From Octopus vulgaris (Eukaryota), in contig OX597814.1 in assembly GCA_951406725.2 (NCBI GenBank), forward strand, positions 12,524,001-12,588,000: 64,000 bases of DNA. Reading direction: 5' to 3'. A program made the translations under genes and the position numbers. The notes under the pieces were generated by a model. That model did no database searches and was not told where the DNA came from. It saw only the letters and a list, made by a program, of their open reading frames with translations. Of this stretch, positions 1 through 12,766 are shown piece by piece. The first letter of the stretch is position 1, and each line of letters starts with the position of its first letter.

Positions 1-57
1 CTCGTTTCAGGAACTACAAATAATATTAGTGAGAATGCGAAATATGAATTACCACGG

Positions 58-345
58 TTGCAAACAGTTTGTAGAAGAATTAAAAACTGGCGCAATGGAG
101 GTTTTGGTGCTCCTCCGTTGCCTCTTCATCGAACTAGATTTCAAGTGTCTGATTCTTTTAAGTACTTGGAAGGCGGTGATTCGTGCCTACAATGCGACTC
201 AGGCAGTAATGAGGAAAAGAGGATTTTAATCTTTGCCTCATAAGAAGGTCTTTAACAACTGGAAAGCACCTCATTTTTAGGAATGGATGGCACGTTCAAA
301 TCATCACCAAGTGCATGGTATCGGCTTTTCACCATTCATGCTTTT
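58..345 (+). pseudogene. Mutator-like (MULE) transposase remnant
   Basis: One frame read through two stops gives DSGSNEEKRILIFAS*EGL*QLESTSFLGMDGTFKSSPSAWYRLFTIHA, matching the MULE motif DSG...RILIF...DGTFK..P..F.QL.TIH. Confidence 0.8.
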
Positions 346-753
346 CACCATTCATATTGTTTCACTTATTGGTTTTGGCCATTTTGGGGTACCAACATCA
401 ATAAAATCTACCCGTTTACTATTTTAAGCCGGGTACTTAATCTCACATTTTCTGTATTGCTTTCTATTTTGTTTTACTGTTTCCATAATTATTTGGTCGC
501 ATTCTACACTAAACATCAGTTAAGCACATTTACGTATATCGCTGGGATGTAACATTACAAATCCCTGACATAACGTATAAGTACCCTACATCAATTATCG
601 TATTGGGATGACTGCAACAGACAAAGATTGATATAATTCTAACGATATTTAACAATCACAATAATTTAAGCTTAAATAAGCAACGTTTATTTATAGGCAA
701 CCTTGATAAGCGTTTCCGTGTGAGCGTGCTTGTGTGTATGTGCATACGTTTTC

Positions 754-756
<3 letters not shown>

Positions 757-803
<47 letters not shown>

Positions 804-938
804 TGTATATATATATATATGTATGTATATATATATATATATGTATGTATATATATATATATATATGTACGTATGTATGTCTGTATATATAAATATGTAT
901 TTGTATTATTTATGTACATTCGTACGTAAGCATATATG

Positions 939-1012
<74 letters not shown>
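757..1012. repeat. (TA)n/(TATG)n microsatellite cluster, representative of dozens of such tracts in the window
   Basis: Direct inspection; source of the poly-YI ORF artefacts. Confidence 0.95.
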
Positions 1013-1015
<3 letters not shown>

Positions 1016-1709
1016 ATACATATTTACATATGTGCAGAGTCTCACATATATAAGTCCCTATGCGTATGTATACTTGTTGTGGGTGATGTGTATAACACCA
1101 TATCGCCTCAAAGCTTTCTGATAATCTTTTCTGATAATGAATTTTTTTCGTTTCACATCTTCATCTGGTCCAACTTCCTTCAACTTTTCGGCATCATCAC
1201 TCTTTATTTCTTTTCCCTCCTACACACACTAAAAATTATCATCCATGTTTAATTTCACACCTCAGTCTTTCATCCTTTCGATTCCATTCCGCTCCGCCCT
1301 CTCACACTTCCCTTCATTGATATGGTTTTCTTTTATTTTTTTTCTACAACTTGCCAGCTTGATATCCAACGATAAAAAGGTTTATGAACACCTTATTTCT
1401 TAGTTTATTTATTTATTTAGTTTTTGCTTTCTGCTCTTATCAATTTAACAGTTATCTAATTCCTAAAGTGCACTGGCTTTATAGCTTAGTATCTAGTGGA
1501 AGTTATCAAAGATGTGAACATATCTAGTCAGGTCATAATTTACTTCTCAGGTCCCGTCTCTGCTTATCGCTAATGAAAATTTATGAAATTTTCGTGGTAA
1601 TTTCAACCTGTTTAGTCCTCCATTGACTTTTTTCTCCCTCTTTATGTTACATTTGCGCATGAATACACATAAGCGCACAGGCACATAGATATATGTGCAA
1701 ACGTGTGTG

Positions 1710-1744
<35 letters not shown>

Positions 1745-1747
<3 letters not shown>

Positions 1748-1962
1748 AATCCCCAAAATGGAACAAGAACGTAACAGACAAGAATAAAGCACCTGGACAG
1801 ATAGACGCTACAAAGTCGGACAGGAAGAACAACAAAAAGACGGACAGGGAAAAGACAAGGACTGGTCATTCGCAGCCTTGCTAATCAGTCAAATTTCCAG
1901 ATTATCATTACAGTTTCAGCCGGTTCACTTCAGACTGTTCAAATCTGGCTGGCCCCAATTAA
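1745..1962 (-). mobile_element. Short repeat in (TA)n, probable PLE terminal-repeat fragment
   Basis: Similar to 38790-39020 (aaaatggracaagracg...gacrggtcatt...cagtcaa...gattatc...aatctggcy.gccccaat), which lies next to a PLE GIY-YIG remnant; flanked by (TA)n on both sides. Confidence 0.5.
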
Positions 1963-1966
1963 ATAT

Positions 1967-2084
<118 letters not shown>

Positions 2085-2252
2085 AATAAATATAGATAGA
2101 TACAGGTATATATGTGCATATAGATATATGTCAATCTCTATATCTATCTATCTTTATACAACATGCATATATGTACACAGTCGTGACCACAAGTTTGGAA
2201 CATATTTTTAAAAATTAAAATTATTATGCCCAAGTACAAATGGATTCAAATA

Positions 2253-3170
2253 TAGTAGAACCTCGCAGTACGAGTGCGCCATTGTACTAGTAATTTACTG
2301 TACGAGTCGAAACACGCGCGAATTTTTGTCGTGAAGTTCGAATGAAAATCGGCAATACGAGCGAGTTTTAATACCAGTGACCGCTAGTGGGCGCTGAGCT
2401 CGAACACGCTCTCTCAACAAGCGCAGCCTCCGGTCTTGAAGTTCACGTTACTCTTCACGTAACGCACAGCTGTCCACGAAGATATGGGAAATTGCTACTT
2501 CTGTGGATCAAAGAAGCAACTTGCAAGAGATACGTTTAAAGAGACTATCATCTGCGAGAAAGCATGTGTGATGTATGGGGATCTCCTGAAGCAGAACTCT
2601 GAAGTGTCGACGGAGGAGACACCAGCAGACGTATTTAAGGCCAGTCGCGGCTAGTTTGATAATTTCAAGAAGCGGACTGTTATTTATAGCGTCGTCAGGT
2701 ATGGAGAAGCAGCGAGTTCTGACAAGAAGGCAGCTGAGAATTTTGTGCATGAATTTCGTCAGCTCATCGCAGCCAAGGTTACATTGCACAACAGTTATTT
2801 AACTATGATGAACATGGCCTTTTTTGGAAAAAATATTCCCAGCAGAGGAGAAGAAAATGCCAGGCCACAAGCCTATGATATATAGGCTAACTCCCACCCT
2901 TTGTGCCAATACGAGTGGAGACTTGAAGATTAAGCCGCACCTTGTCTACCATTCCGAAAACTCACGATCGCGTTCAAGTCGCACAGAATCCTGAAGGGGA
3001 AACCGCAGGTCATGTGGTGGTGGGGCAAACGTTAATGCTCGGGTCACCGAGTGGGTCAACCGTGTCTTGAGACCATCAGGGAAAAAGTAACTTCTGGAGA
3101 ATGATCTTCCTTTCAAGGTCCTCCTCGAGTTCAACAATGTTCCTTCTCACCCTTCTAACATGGAAGAATT
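2253..3170 (+). mobile_element. Tigger/pogo-like DNA transposon, decayed (left end plus transposase remnant)
   Basis: TA then (C>T)AGTAGAACCTCG TIR-like start. Translation across frameshifts: FKASRG*FDNFKKR...YGEAASSD..AAENF...FNYDEHGLFWKK...KMPGHKPM..RLT..LCANTSGDLKIKP.LVYHSEN...NNVPSHP (CENP-B HTH plus DDE_1 type). Confidence 0.9.
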
Positions 3171-4583
3171 CAAAACTTGCATTACGAATAAGAACAAAGT
3201 AAAATTACTACCTACTTTTATAACAAGTTGATACAAGTAGTTTATCCCGTCACTCTCCAACTTTTAATACATGCAATTGAAAAACCTGCATTATTTATAA
3301 GATGACCTAATATATACATATATATGTATATGCATATATATGTATATGCATATATATATATATATATTACAAATTCGGCATTCCTGCTTTGATCGAAAGC
3401 TTTAAAATGCATACTTTCCCACAACTCAACTTGTCACATCTGTTTGACTGCTACTCACTCTTCAGCTTGTCAAAACCTATACGCACAGATGCAAACTTAC
3501 TGTTGCTTTCTTATTGTCCGCTTTTCACTCAAAACAGATTAACGTTGTTCGCCTGCAGTATTTTCTTCTAAATCGCATGCATAACGTTTCTCTTTGCATA
3601 CCTTTCATCACAGTTATACTTTCTACGTCAAGTGCACCAACCACCACATCACAGTTATTTTATCTTTTTCGTGAACTTTATTCTACCATCAGCCGCGTAT
3701 TGTGGAACTTTCACCAATCTTGTGCTACTGACATTTCTGTTTTTCTTTTCACAGCATTCCCAGACGTTTCATTTTCAAATTTCAGTTTACGCTTTTCTAC
3801 TCCCGAGTAAATTATTATGCATTTTTATATACATCTAATTGACTTAATCTACCACTTAATCTACAAATCTACCACGGTGTCCTTGTCTACTTTTAGCGGT
3901 GTATGCCCGATGGAAGTATTGGAGCAGCGTCTACCGTTTGAGGATATCTTCCCACTCTCTTCCACTCGTCTACCATTCCTTGAAATATGTCCCCATTGCC
4001 TTTCCTTCTTGCTTAAACGTTAAAATATAAACCGCTCTCTTCTTCCTAGCAATCTACAGCTTTTCAGCTGGTATTTCAAACTCTATTAGTCAGTCTTCCT
4101 AATAAAGAAATACGATAACTGTTAATATACTCTCAAGTAACTCAATCCATTATAGAATTTTCTGCAGAAAGAGAACACGAAAAATTAGTACGTACCCTTA
4201 TTTACAAAAATCTTTGCACCCAAATTTATGACTTCTTTGGCTGGTGTTCTATATCTATGTAAAACAAGATTTACGCTATTAATATTATAACCATCCAGCA
4301 ACATGCGAAATTATCACCGGAAATGTTTCTCACTTCAATTCTCTAAGAGTAGTAGATAAATGATGGTGGCAGATAAACCATATCATCGACACACTAGACT
4401 TTTTTTTTTAGATTCTCTCTTACTATCAATAAACCTTTCACTCTCAAAACCATTTTCCTCAATTTCTTTCTCACTTGTTCCTTTTTCCCTTTGCTTGTTT
4501 GTTTGTCCGTCTCTTCCCTTCTTTTCTCTGTATTTCTGCTGTCTGTCACTGCTAACACTTCATATCAGTAGCCCCTGTAGTCG

Positions 4584-4842
4584 TCTTCTTCTTCTTCTTC
4601 TTCTTCTTCTTCTTCTTCTTCTTCTTCTTCTTCTTCTTCTTCTTCTTCTTCTTCTTCTTCTTCTTCTTCTTCTTCTTCTTTTCTTCTTCTTCTTTTCTTC
4701 TTCTTCTTCTTCTTCTTCTTCTTCTTCTTCTTCTTCTTCTTCTTCTTCTTCTTCTTCGTCTTCTTCTTCGTCTTTTTCGTCGTCTTCTTCTTCTTCTTCT
4801 TCTTCTTCTTCTTCTTCTTCTTCTTCTTCTTCTTCTTCTTCT
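4584..4842. repeat. (CTT)n trinucleotide microsatellite
   Basis: Direct inspection. Confidence 0.95.
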
Positions 4843-5401
4843 CATTCATCATTCTTCTTTTCAACTACGACAACGCATGTATTAAGGAGCAACTTTTTAT
4901 TCTCAGTGAATCAAGTTCATCCACATTTTGACACAAGTAGGATGGCGGATGTCCTGATGCTCAGTCCATCTGAAGATCTATTGCAGTGACTATATTTGCA
5001 GGCTACTCATCGATGACATTGATATCAAATATACAACCGACTTCCATTAAAAATATGTCTCTATTTTCTAGTCCCGGAGAACAAAAAGATTTTCCATTCA
5101 ACCTATAAATTTTGTAATCCACCAGCGTCAATACATTTATGTTTTTCTTTTTTGCTGTTATATACATACTTTCTTATATTTCAGATGGCTGCAACATGAT
5201 TCGTGTTAAGTTGCAACCTAGAGTGCGACTTTTCACATTTATCATTGGTATTGTTAATAGCTCGGATTTGATTTTGCATAGCCTACGTTCAATATCAGGT
5301 GACACATTCTCTCCTGGGTAGTATGTAGATAACTTAACAGTGCTCTCTATCAATCTTTTAAATTGCTCATTTCTTGCATGACCTGTATGCTTCTTTGCTA
5401 A

Positions 5402-5701
5402 TTGTTTGTTCCTTCTCGAGCTATCCCTGGCTCATAAGGGCCGGTTTCCCAGTTTCATTGGCGTATAGGTTCCCCACCTGGACGGGACGCCGGTCCGTCG
5501 CAGGTGAGCTGCTAGATGCAGGAGGAAAGAGTGAAAGTTGTGGTGAAAGAGTTAGCAGAGGTTCGGCATTAACTGCTGCCGGAGCCGCGTGGAGCTTAGG
5601 TGTTTCCCTCATAAACACACACATCACCCGGACTGAGGTTCGAACCCGTGATCCCTCGACTGCAAGTCCGCTACTCTAACGACCAGGCCATGTGCCTCCA
5701 C
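5402..5701 (-). mobile_element. tRNA-derived SINE, type C head with 'cctgcgacggaccggcgtcccgtccag' tail
   Basis: Minus strand begins GTGGAGGCACATGGCCTGGTCGTTAGAG (box A) and has GGTTCGAACC (box B); body similar to 29468-29785. Confidence 0.8.
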
Positions 5702-5956
5702 TCTTTGCTAATGCCCAAGTGCTACATCCTTTAGGAACTGATCTACATTTTCATTGTATGAAATTTTGTATTTATGTTAACTTCACATTTTCAGTATTTA
5801 AATTCCTTATATATAGAAGCTGATTATTAATAAAAAGACATAGTTTAATTGGTGGAATTTGATAACAAAAATGTTTTTCATATTTTTACACTTTACCTGA
5901 AAACGCTCACTTTTTGAAGATTGCTGCTATCGCATGTGTGTATGCGGTTTCGTCGC

Positions 5957-5997
<41 letters not shown>

Positions 5998-6001
<4 letters not shown>

Positions 6002-6342
6002 AATTGCAGCGTGGAAGGTGTTTATAAGCCATTTAAGAAACACACAAAAGCCGTTCGATTCACTTCAACATTTAAGTTTAATTTGTCAAAATATTTTCGT
6101 CGCTTTAAGACCGCGACCTGTTCACTGACAAAAATCCGTGCTGCATCTCGGATTTTTGTCAGTCAACAGGTCGCAGATTTTAGCGACGAAAATATTTTGA
6201 CAAATTAAACTTAAATGTTGAAGTGAATCGAACGGCTTTTGTGTGTTTCTTAAATGGCTTATAAACACCTTCCACGCTGCAATTGTTTTCGTTTCAGCAC
6301 ACGATCTCAGATCAAATTACTTGCTATGCGAGTACATCTCCG

Positions 6343-6344
<2 letters not shown>
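5998..6344. mobile_element. Fold-back element in (TA)n with a G3-C8 hammerhead-like motif (PLE-type)
   Basis: Near-perfect inverted arms ~6001-6138 and ~6149-6286 plus a one-sided extension; a second copy lies at 50222-50497. Confidence 0.85.
6082..6132 (-). ncRNA. Minimal type-I hammerhead ribozyme motif, G3-C8 core variant
   Basis: TTTGTCA [GTGAACA] G GTCGC-ggtcttaaa-GCGAC [GAAA] ATAT [TT] TGACAAA: 7-bp stem I, 5-bp stem II, palindromic stem III. Confidence 0.7.
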
Positions 6345-6417
<73 letters not shown>

Positions 6418-6419
<2 letters not shown>

Positions 6420-6900
6420 TCAATAAATGGTGGGGTTGTGTTGACCGCACGTAGACAAATGATAAGCAAGGAAAAATTGTAAAAATGCAGAATGCTAAAT
6501 TGAAAGAAAATTTTAATGAAATGAGAAATTGATAAAAAATATAAATATATATTTATTCAAACCGGTTTTCGTCATAATGTTACTTATCAAGAATAGTTAG
6601 GTAAAAAATTTGTTTAAAAGTGAGAAAGGGGAAAAAAGAAAATTGCATAGTTTTTTGCAAAAGAATAATAAATATGTACAAAAATTAAAAAATAAGTACT
6701 CCGATACATTGTGAATTCTTTGTGTATCTTGAGTTTAATGATTGTTCACGAAAATATTACCTTGAAGTATTAGGATCCAATGGGATTAAGACCATATGTT
6801 GTTTAGTTTAATTAAGGATGTTGGCAAAACAGGAAGTAGTAGTAATTGTAGTTCTTCAGTTCCTGTGTTGTGAATAAGGGGAGACAACTCTTTTGAGTTC
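6418..6900 (-). mobile_element. PLE-type terminal fragment starting at (TA)n, same family as 44721-45408
   Basis: Alignable by eye with 44721-45190; carries a U3-A8 hammerhead motif. Confidence 0.75.
6554..6595 (-). ncRNA. Minimal hammerhead motif, U3-A8 core variant
   Basis: TATTC [TTGATAA] GTAA-catta-TGAC [GAAA] ACCGGT [TT] GAATA; stem II has one mismatch in this copy. Confidence 0.6.
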
Positions 6901-7256
6901 TTCAATTTGTGTTTATCAAATTTTTTGTAATAAAGGTTGTTAATAAACCTTAAATTATAAAATTATCATTTTAGCTTCATTTGCATTATCTTTTTTATAT
7001 AATTGTTTGTTAACTTAACATTCAGATTTTAACACTTTATTTATATTATTTTCTAATTATATAAATTTGCATAGACCAATTTATAATTACATTTCAGATT
7101 GTTATATCATATATAATAAAAATGATAGTAATAACAACAATAGTAAAAATGATATTTAAAGAATATAAGTTTTAGCTTGAAGTGATGAATGCATGGTATC
7201 CTTATATATTTGTGTTAGTCCATCCATGAAGAATGAGGTAGAAAAAGGAAGTATGA

Positions 7257-7500
7257 TCAACGAGGAGTTTGCATATTATGTTGTGTTTTGAATTTTTCAA
7301 TAAAGAGATTCTCCTTGTTAGTTCTCTCCTGTGTGGTGATCCCGTCTTTACATTGGTAGAAGGGGAATATGTAGAATTTGGGATTTAAGTCTTTAGCGCA
7401 TGAGTCTATGTGGTCACTCAGTGGAATTTGTCGGTATTCCGGGAGATTTATTTGTTCTTTATGCACCGCTACTCGTTTACGTAACGGGAGACTCGTTTTT
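7257..7500 (-). pseudogene. Penelope-like GIY-YIG endonuclease C-terminal remnant
   Basis: LRKRVAVHKEQINLPEYRQIPLSDHIDSC...FYIFPFYQC...R..KE..FI.KF resembles the PLE endonuclease C-terminus. Confidence 0.75.
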
Positions 7501-8209
7501 CAAGATCAGAAAATATTTCAGCTCGTGATTGACTCAAACATGCACAGCCTTCTCACAAAACTCTAACTTTTCTACCGTACCTCCAATATTCTCTGATCTG
7601 ATTTGACTACTCACGAGCCTCAACTACCGATTTACTTTACTTACCATCACTTATTTCAAGTCTTCCTCTCAAGTCGCGCCCTAACCACTAAGCTCTGCTC
7701 TCTTGAATTTGCCGCAGTCGTGGACTTAGAGCTGTTAAAAAAAAAAAATCTCAAAGCAATCTCGTCCGCCTTGGAGAAGGATACACCCTCTTTATGTAGG
7801 AAGAAAACAAAATGGATATTAGTAAAAGAAGGGAAACCGGAAAATCTTCCTCAACAAAGCCTAAGAGCAATTCTTATAGATGGGCTACTTACATTTCTGG
7901 GAGAGCTCTGCTGTTATACATATTAGTATAGAAAACTATATATTTTGACACAAATATAAAAACAAGCAAACGAAAGAAACCGGAATATTCAACTGCTAGT
8001 AAAGATTCAATCAACATAATACAAACCACCATAAAAGGAAACAGAGTTCCCATTTCACTTATTTGTCTCCTCTATTGCTACTATGACGTCTTCTCTCAGC
8101 CTCTGAACTATTATGTCGAACACATTCCAGACTCCCTCGGTGCGCCCTACGCATTGATATTGTTGTAGTTATCTGCGTTGTAGCTGTCGTTGCATTTGAA
8201 CAACAACAA

Positions 8210-8740
8210 CTTCTTCTTCTTCTTCTTCTTATTCCTCTTCTTCTTCTTCTTCTTCATCTTCTTATTCCTCTTTTTCTTCTTCTTCTTCTTCTTCTTCTTC
8301 TTCTCTTTTTCTTCTTCTTCTTATTCCTCTTTTTCTTCTTCTTCTTATTCTTCTTCTTCATCCTCTTCTTCTTCTTCATCTTCTTATTCCTCTTCTTCTT
8401 CTTCTTCTTCTTCTCTTCTTCTTCTTCATCTTCTTATTCCTCTTCTTCTTCTTCTTCTTCTTCATCTTCTTATTCCTCTTCTTCTTCTTCTTCTTCTTCT
8501 TCTTCTTCTTTTTATTCCTCTTCTTCTTCTTCTTCTTCATCTTCTTATTCCTCTTCTTCTTCGTCTTCTTCTTCTTCTTATCCCCTTCTTCTTCTCCTCC
8601 GCCTCCTCCTCCTCCTCCTCCTTCTTCTTCTTCATCTTCTTATTCCTCTTCTTCTTCGTCTTCTTCTTCTTCTTATCCCCTTCTTCTTCTCCTCCGCCTC
8701 CTCCTCCTCCTCCTTCTTCTTCTTCTTCTTCTTCTTCTTC
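8210..8740. repeat. Degenerate (CTT)n array with recurring 'cttcatcttcttattcct' variants
   Basis: Direct inspection. Confidence 0.9.
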
Positions 8741-9127
8741 ACCTACTTAACTGTCTTCTTTTCTTACTGCATTCTCTGTCTCATGTCCTGATTTTCTATA
8801 TTTATTTAAAAAAGTATACAACGCAAACAATTTAGGAAGTCTCTGGATAAAGTTGTTTGGATTCCATCGTAGAGAGTTAGATGCAGTGACCCATGAAATC
8901 AATAAGAAAATACATAAAAAATAAAATGTATAAAGGCGGTTGCCGTTAAAGCAAATTGCTTGGTGACACACGATTTTCAGTAACCGCCCAGAATAGTATA
9001 ATAAATATAAACTCTCTAAAGAAGAAGAATATTTCTGATAGAAAAATAACATCTTTGAGACAGATAATGACAGATATTAAGGCATCATCGTAATACACTC
9101 ACAAAAGAAAAAAAACTGCTCTGTATA

Positions 9128-9511
9128 TCTCTCTATATATAAACGGCAGTTTGTCTGTGCGTTTTCTGTGTGTCTGTTTTCTCGTACCCTCACTCTGACC
9201 ACGGCTTTCAACCGATTCTGATGAAACTTGACACACACATAGCCCAATGTCATAATTCAAAACTAACGCAGCGAAAATTTTGAAAAAGTTCCCCCAGTTC
9301 TGAAAAAATCGATAAATTCGACATGGGGTCGAGAATCTGAAACCCAAACCACAGACCGTCTAGGGGACGCAACTCCACCTTTTTTAATCCTCAAAAAAAA
9401 TTTACCATCATTTTTTTTCCATTTTTTTGCTATTTTTTGGCTATAACTCTCTAAAAATGCTTTATAGTTATTTCCCTTACAAACCTGAGCAACGCCGGGC
9501 GATACTGCTAG
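9128..9511 (+). mobile_element. Non-autonomous Helitron
   Basis: Starts A|TC; ends with a hairpin (cctgagcaacgccggg) then CTAG|T. The 3' ~65 bp are shared with 10734-11246. Confidence 0.85.
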
Positions 9512-9635
9512 TAAAATATAAAAATACACTGGGCTTTTACTTGCATTTATTCCTTTTTGTTCTTCCTCCAGCATCAGAGTTAGTTTCATGCTTATATTTA
9601 ACATACAATGATATGAATACAGACATGTGAACATA

Positions 9636-10098
9636 GGCGCAGGAGTGGCCGTGTGGTATGTAGCATGCTTACCAACCACAAGATTCTGGGTTCAGTCCCA
9701 CTGCGTGACATCTTGGGCAAGTGTCTTCTGCTATAGCCTCGGGCCGACCAATGCCTTGTGAGTGGATTTGGTAGACGGAAACTGAAAGAAGCCTGTCGTA
9801 TATATGTATATATACACATATATGTATGTATGTGTATATATATACATTGTTTGTGTGTCTGTGTATATATATACATTGTTTGTGTGTCTGTGTTTGTCCC
9901 CCTAGCATTGCTTGACAACCAATGCTGGTGTGTTTACGTCCCCGTTACTTAGGGGTTCGGCAAAAGAGACCGATAGAATAAGTAGTCGGCTTACAAAGAA
10001 TAAGTCCCGGGGTCGATTTGCTCGACTAAAGGCGGTGCTCCAGCATGGCCGCAGTCATATGACTGAAACAAGTAAAAGAGTAAAAGAGAGTAAAGAGT
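9636..10098 (+). mobile_element. tRNA-derived SINE type A (CORE-like body, CR1-like 3' tail)
   Basis: GGCGCAGGAGTGGCCGTGTGGT head, GGTTCAGTCCC box B, 'cttgggcaagt' CORE-like motif, internal microsatellite, tail ggcggtgctccagcatggccgcagtc..gactgaaac; several copies in the window. Confidence 0.9.
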
Positions 10099-10291
10099 AT
10101 AAAACACGCATATATACGCACAGTAATATTCGTACACAAACATTAGAAAAGTACTATGCAAATAGTGGGTATATGTGTAATAGTATGTATATGATTGTGT
10201 GTACGCGCGTGTTTATATATATACAGAATTAATTTGTGTAAAAACCAATAAGAAGAGTACTCCATCTAATGAGAGTCTAATATTACTATAA

Positions 10292-10424
10292 ATGCTTCAT
10301 GCTATACGCATTATATACGCTACTAATAGATTCATGCACACCTAGATTCGAATCAACGCCTGATGAACGTTCTTATGAACGTGAAACTATTAGTAGTGCT
10401 TATAATGCATGTAGTATGAAGCAT
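10292..10424 (+). ncRNA. Short fold-back containing a canonical minimal hammerhead (10356-10399)
   Basis: ACGC [CTGATGA] ACGTTC-ttat-GAACGT [GAAA] CT-att-AG [TA] GTGC. Inverted arms 10292-10336 and 10380-10424; the left arm preserves GCGT, which would complete stem I. Confidence 0.7.
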
Positions 10425-10428
10425 AGTA

Positions 10429-10459
<31 letters not shown>

Positions 10460-10733
10460 GTGTGTGTGTATAAATATATATGTGTGTGTGTGTGTGTGTG
10501 TATAGGTTAGTTGAGTAAGAAGTTAAAATAACCGTCTAAGGGATAAAAATATTCATTATACTACCGGTATATTACCTATATTTGAACATGGGCAATCATG
10601 TTATGCTCATAAATTATAAGTAAAGACAAGGAAGAACAGGAGTTTAGCAGGAATCAGAATTTAAAGAACACAGAAAATGGAAATAATATTCACGAACAGC
10701 AATTGATTTGTATCAATTATTATTTATTAGTTA

Positions 10734-11246
10734 CTAGCAGTATCGCCCGGCGTTGCTCGGGTTTGTAAGGGAAATAACTATATAAGCATTTTTAGAGAGT
10801 TACTTCCCTTATAGATGCCAATTCGGGCTTTCTTAGCCATTTCTGTTTTGGTGTCTTCAAGCCATGAAGTCGTTGTTCTAAAAGAACGCTGGTCTCATTG
10901 ACAACGCTTTACGACGTTGATTTCCTTACACTCCCTTCTCCACAGCTTCACGAGGGAGGGAAGAAGGGGGAGAAGCAAACAGGTGCAGGTGTGACCATGG
11001 ACGCCAACTCCGCTGCCATCGACACACGAAAAATTATGCATTAAAATGGAATAAAAAATGATGTTAAATTATTTTTAAAATCGTAGACTCATCGTAGACG
11101 CGCGCTAATACTCAGACGGGCTCGATATGAATCACGACTATAAGATACCCGAATTTGGTTAAACTGCACCGCAAAATGTGGGAGTAGTTAGGAATCTAAA
11201 TCGAAGGGGACAGACACTCACACAACTACAGTTTTATATATATAGA
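10734..11246 (-). mobile_element. Non-autonomous Helitron
   Basis: Minus strand reads A|TCTATATATATAAAA ... CCCGAGCAACGCCGGG CGATACTG CTAG|T. Confidence 0.85.
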
Positions 11247-11584
11247 TTTTCAAAAAGACTGCATCCAATCTTACAGCTGTTTCTGCTGCCAATGTTCTTT
11301 GGTATCGCTATTATTATACTAAAAATATATATCATAGTTGGTAATAAAACCGATTTGAAACAAGGAGATTCTTCAGAGTGGAAAATAGATAAATAAATAA
11401 AAAGAAGACACAAGAAAAGAAGAAGGAAAGGGTGAAAATGATGAGAATGTGAAACTGATGAGAATGTTGCGTGTGCATCACCCTAGGGAGATGGGATGCA
11501 GTCTTTTAGCAAATATTTAATCAATAATAATTGATGCAAATTAATTGTTGTTCACCAATATTATCTCCATTATCTGTTTTCTTT

Positions 11585-11625
<41 letters not shown>

Positions 11626-11787
11626 TACGTTTTGTTTTATTGTTAAGTTAAGTTAATTATGTTAAAGAAGGGTTAATGAAAACAATGGAGCACTTAAATG
11701 TATAGTAAAATTAAATTCAGGCTGTCAGGGACTTTAATTTACAGCATCCAGCCTCTTTAGCCAGTCTTTCTCATGCTCTCTTTCCCC

Positions 11788-11819
<32 letters not shown>

Positions 11820-11835
11820 TCTCTCTCTCTTTATC

Positions 11836-12066
11836 TATTTCTTTATTACCCACAAGGGGCTAAACATAGAGGAGACAAACAAGGACAGACATAGGTATTA
11901 AGTCGATTACATCGACCCCAGTGCGTAACTGGTACTTAATTTATCGACCCCGAAAGGATGAAAGGCAAAGTCGACCTCGGCGAAATTTGAACTCAGAACG
12001 TAACGGCAGACGAAATACCGCAAAGCATTTCGCCCGACGTGCTAACGCTTCTGCCAGCTCGCCGCC
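11836..12066 (-). mobile_element. tRNA-derived SINE type B (Meta-domain-like body)
   Basis: GGCGGCGAGCTGGCAGAA head, GAGTTCAAATT box B, 'gcctttcatcctttcggggtcgataaattaagtaccag' resembling the MetaSINE central domain. Confidence 0.9.
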
Positions 12067-12392
12067 TTCTTTATCTCTCTCTTTATCTGTCTATCTACCA
12101 CGCGCATATATAAAATCATGCATGCATACATCCACACACACCTACGCGCCCGCACGCACGTACACACGAACATACACACATTGGTAGTGTAAGTCTTCTG
12201 GTTTTTAATTCTGATTTTGACGCTGCTGATTATTCAATTAATTAACTGTAAAAAGGAGAAATGTAAAAACTTGTAACCAAAAATATTTGTCAACTTATCG
12301 AAATTTAAAAATCTCATACATTCGTTCAATTGTCACATGCACAACAATCAATATTTAAGTGACTTCACTAATATATTCGTAAAACGTAGCAT

Positions 12393-12766
12393 ATGGCCCA
12401 GTGGTTAGGGCAGCGGACTCGCGGTCATAGGATCGTGGTTTCGATTCCCAGACCGGGCGTTGTGAGTGTTTATTGAGCGAAAACACCTAAAGCTCCACGA
12501 GGCTCCGGCAGGGGATGGTGGTGATTCCTGCTGTACTTTTTCACCACAACTTTCTCTCACTCTTACTTCCTGTTTCTGTTGTACCTGTATTTCAAGGGGC
12601 CGGCCTTGTCACTCTCTTTGTCATGCTGAATATCCCCGAGAACTACGTTAAGGGTACACGTGTCTGTGGAGTGCTCAGCCACTTACACGTTAATTTCACG
12701 AGCAGGCTGTTCCGTTGATTCGGATCAACCGGAACCCTCGTCGTCGTAACCGACGGAGTGCTACCA
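12393..12766 (+). mobile_element. tRNA-derived SINE type C
   Basis: TGGCCCAGTGG box A and GGTTTCGATTCC box B; near-identical inverted copy at 13144-13528. Confidence 0.9.

Noticed and set aside
3860-4010. Possible RTE C-terminal remnant (WGHISR) on the minus strand
   Set aside because: Only one short motif; insufficient evidence.
7603-7926. 107-aa ORF
   Set aside because: No recognisable domain or splice support; crosses an A-run.
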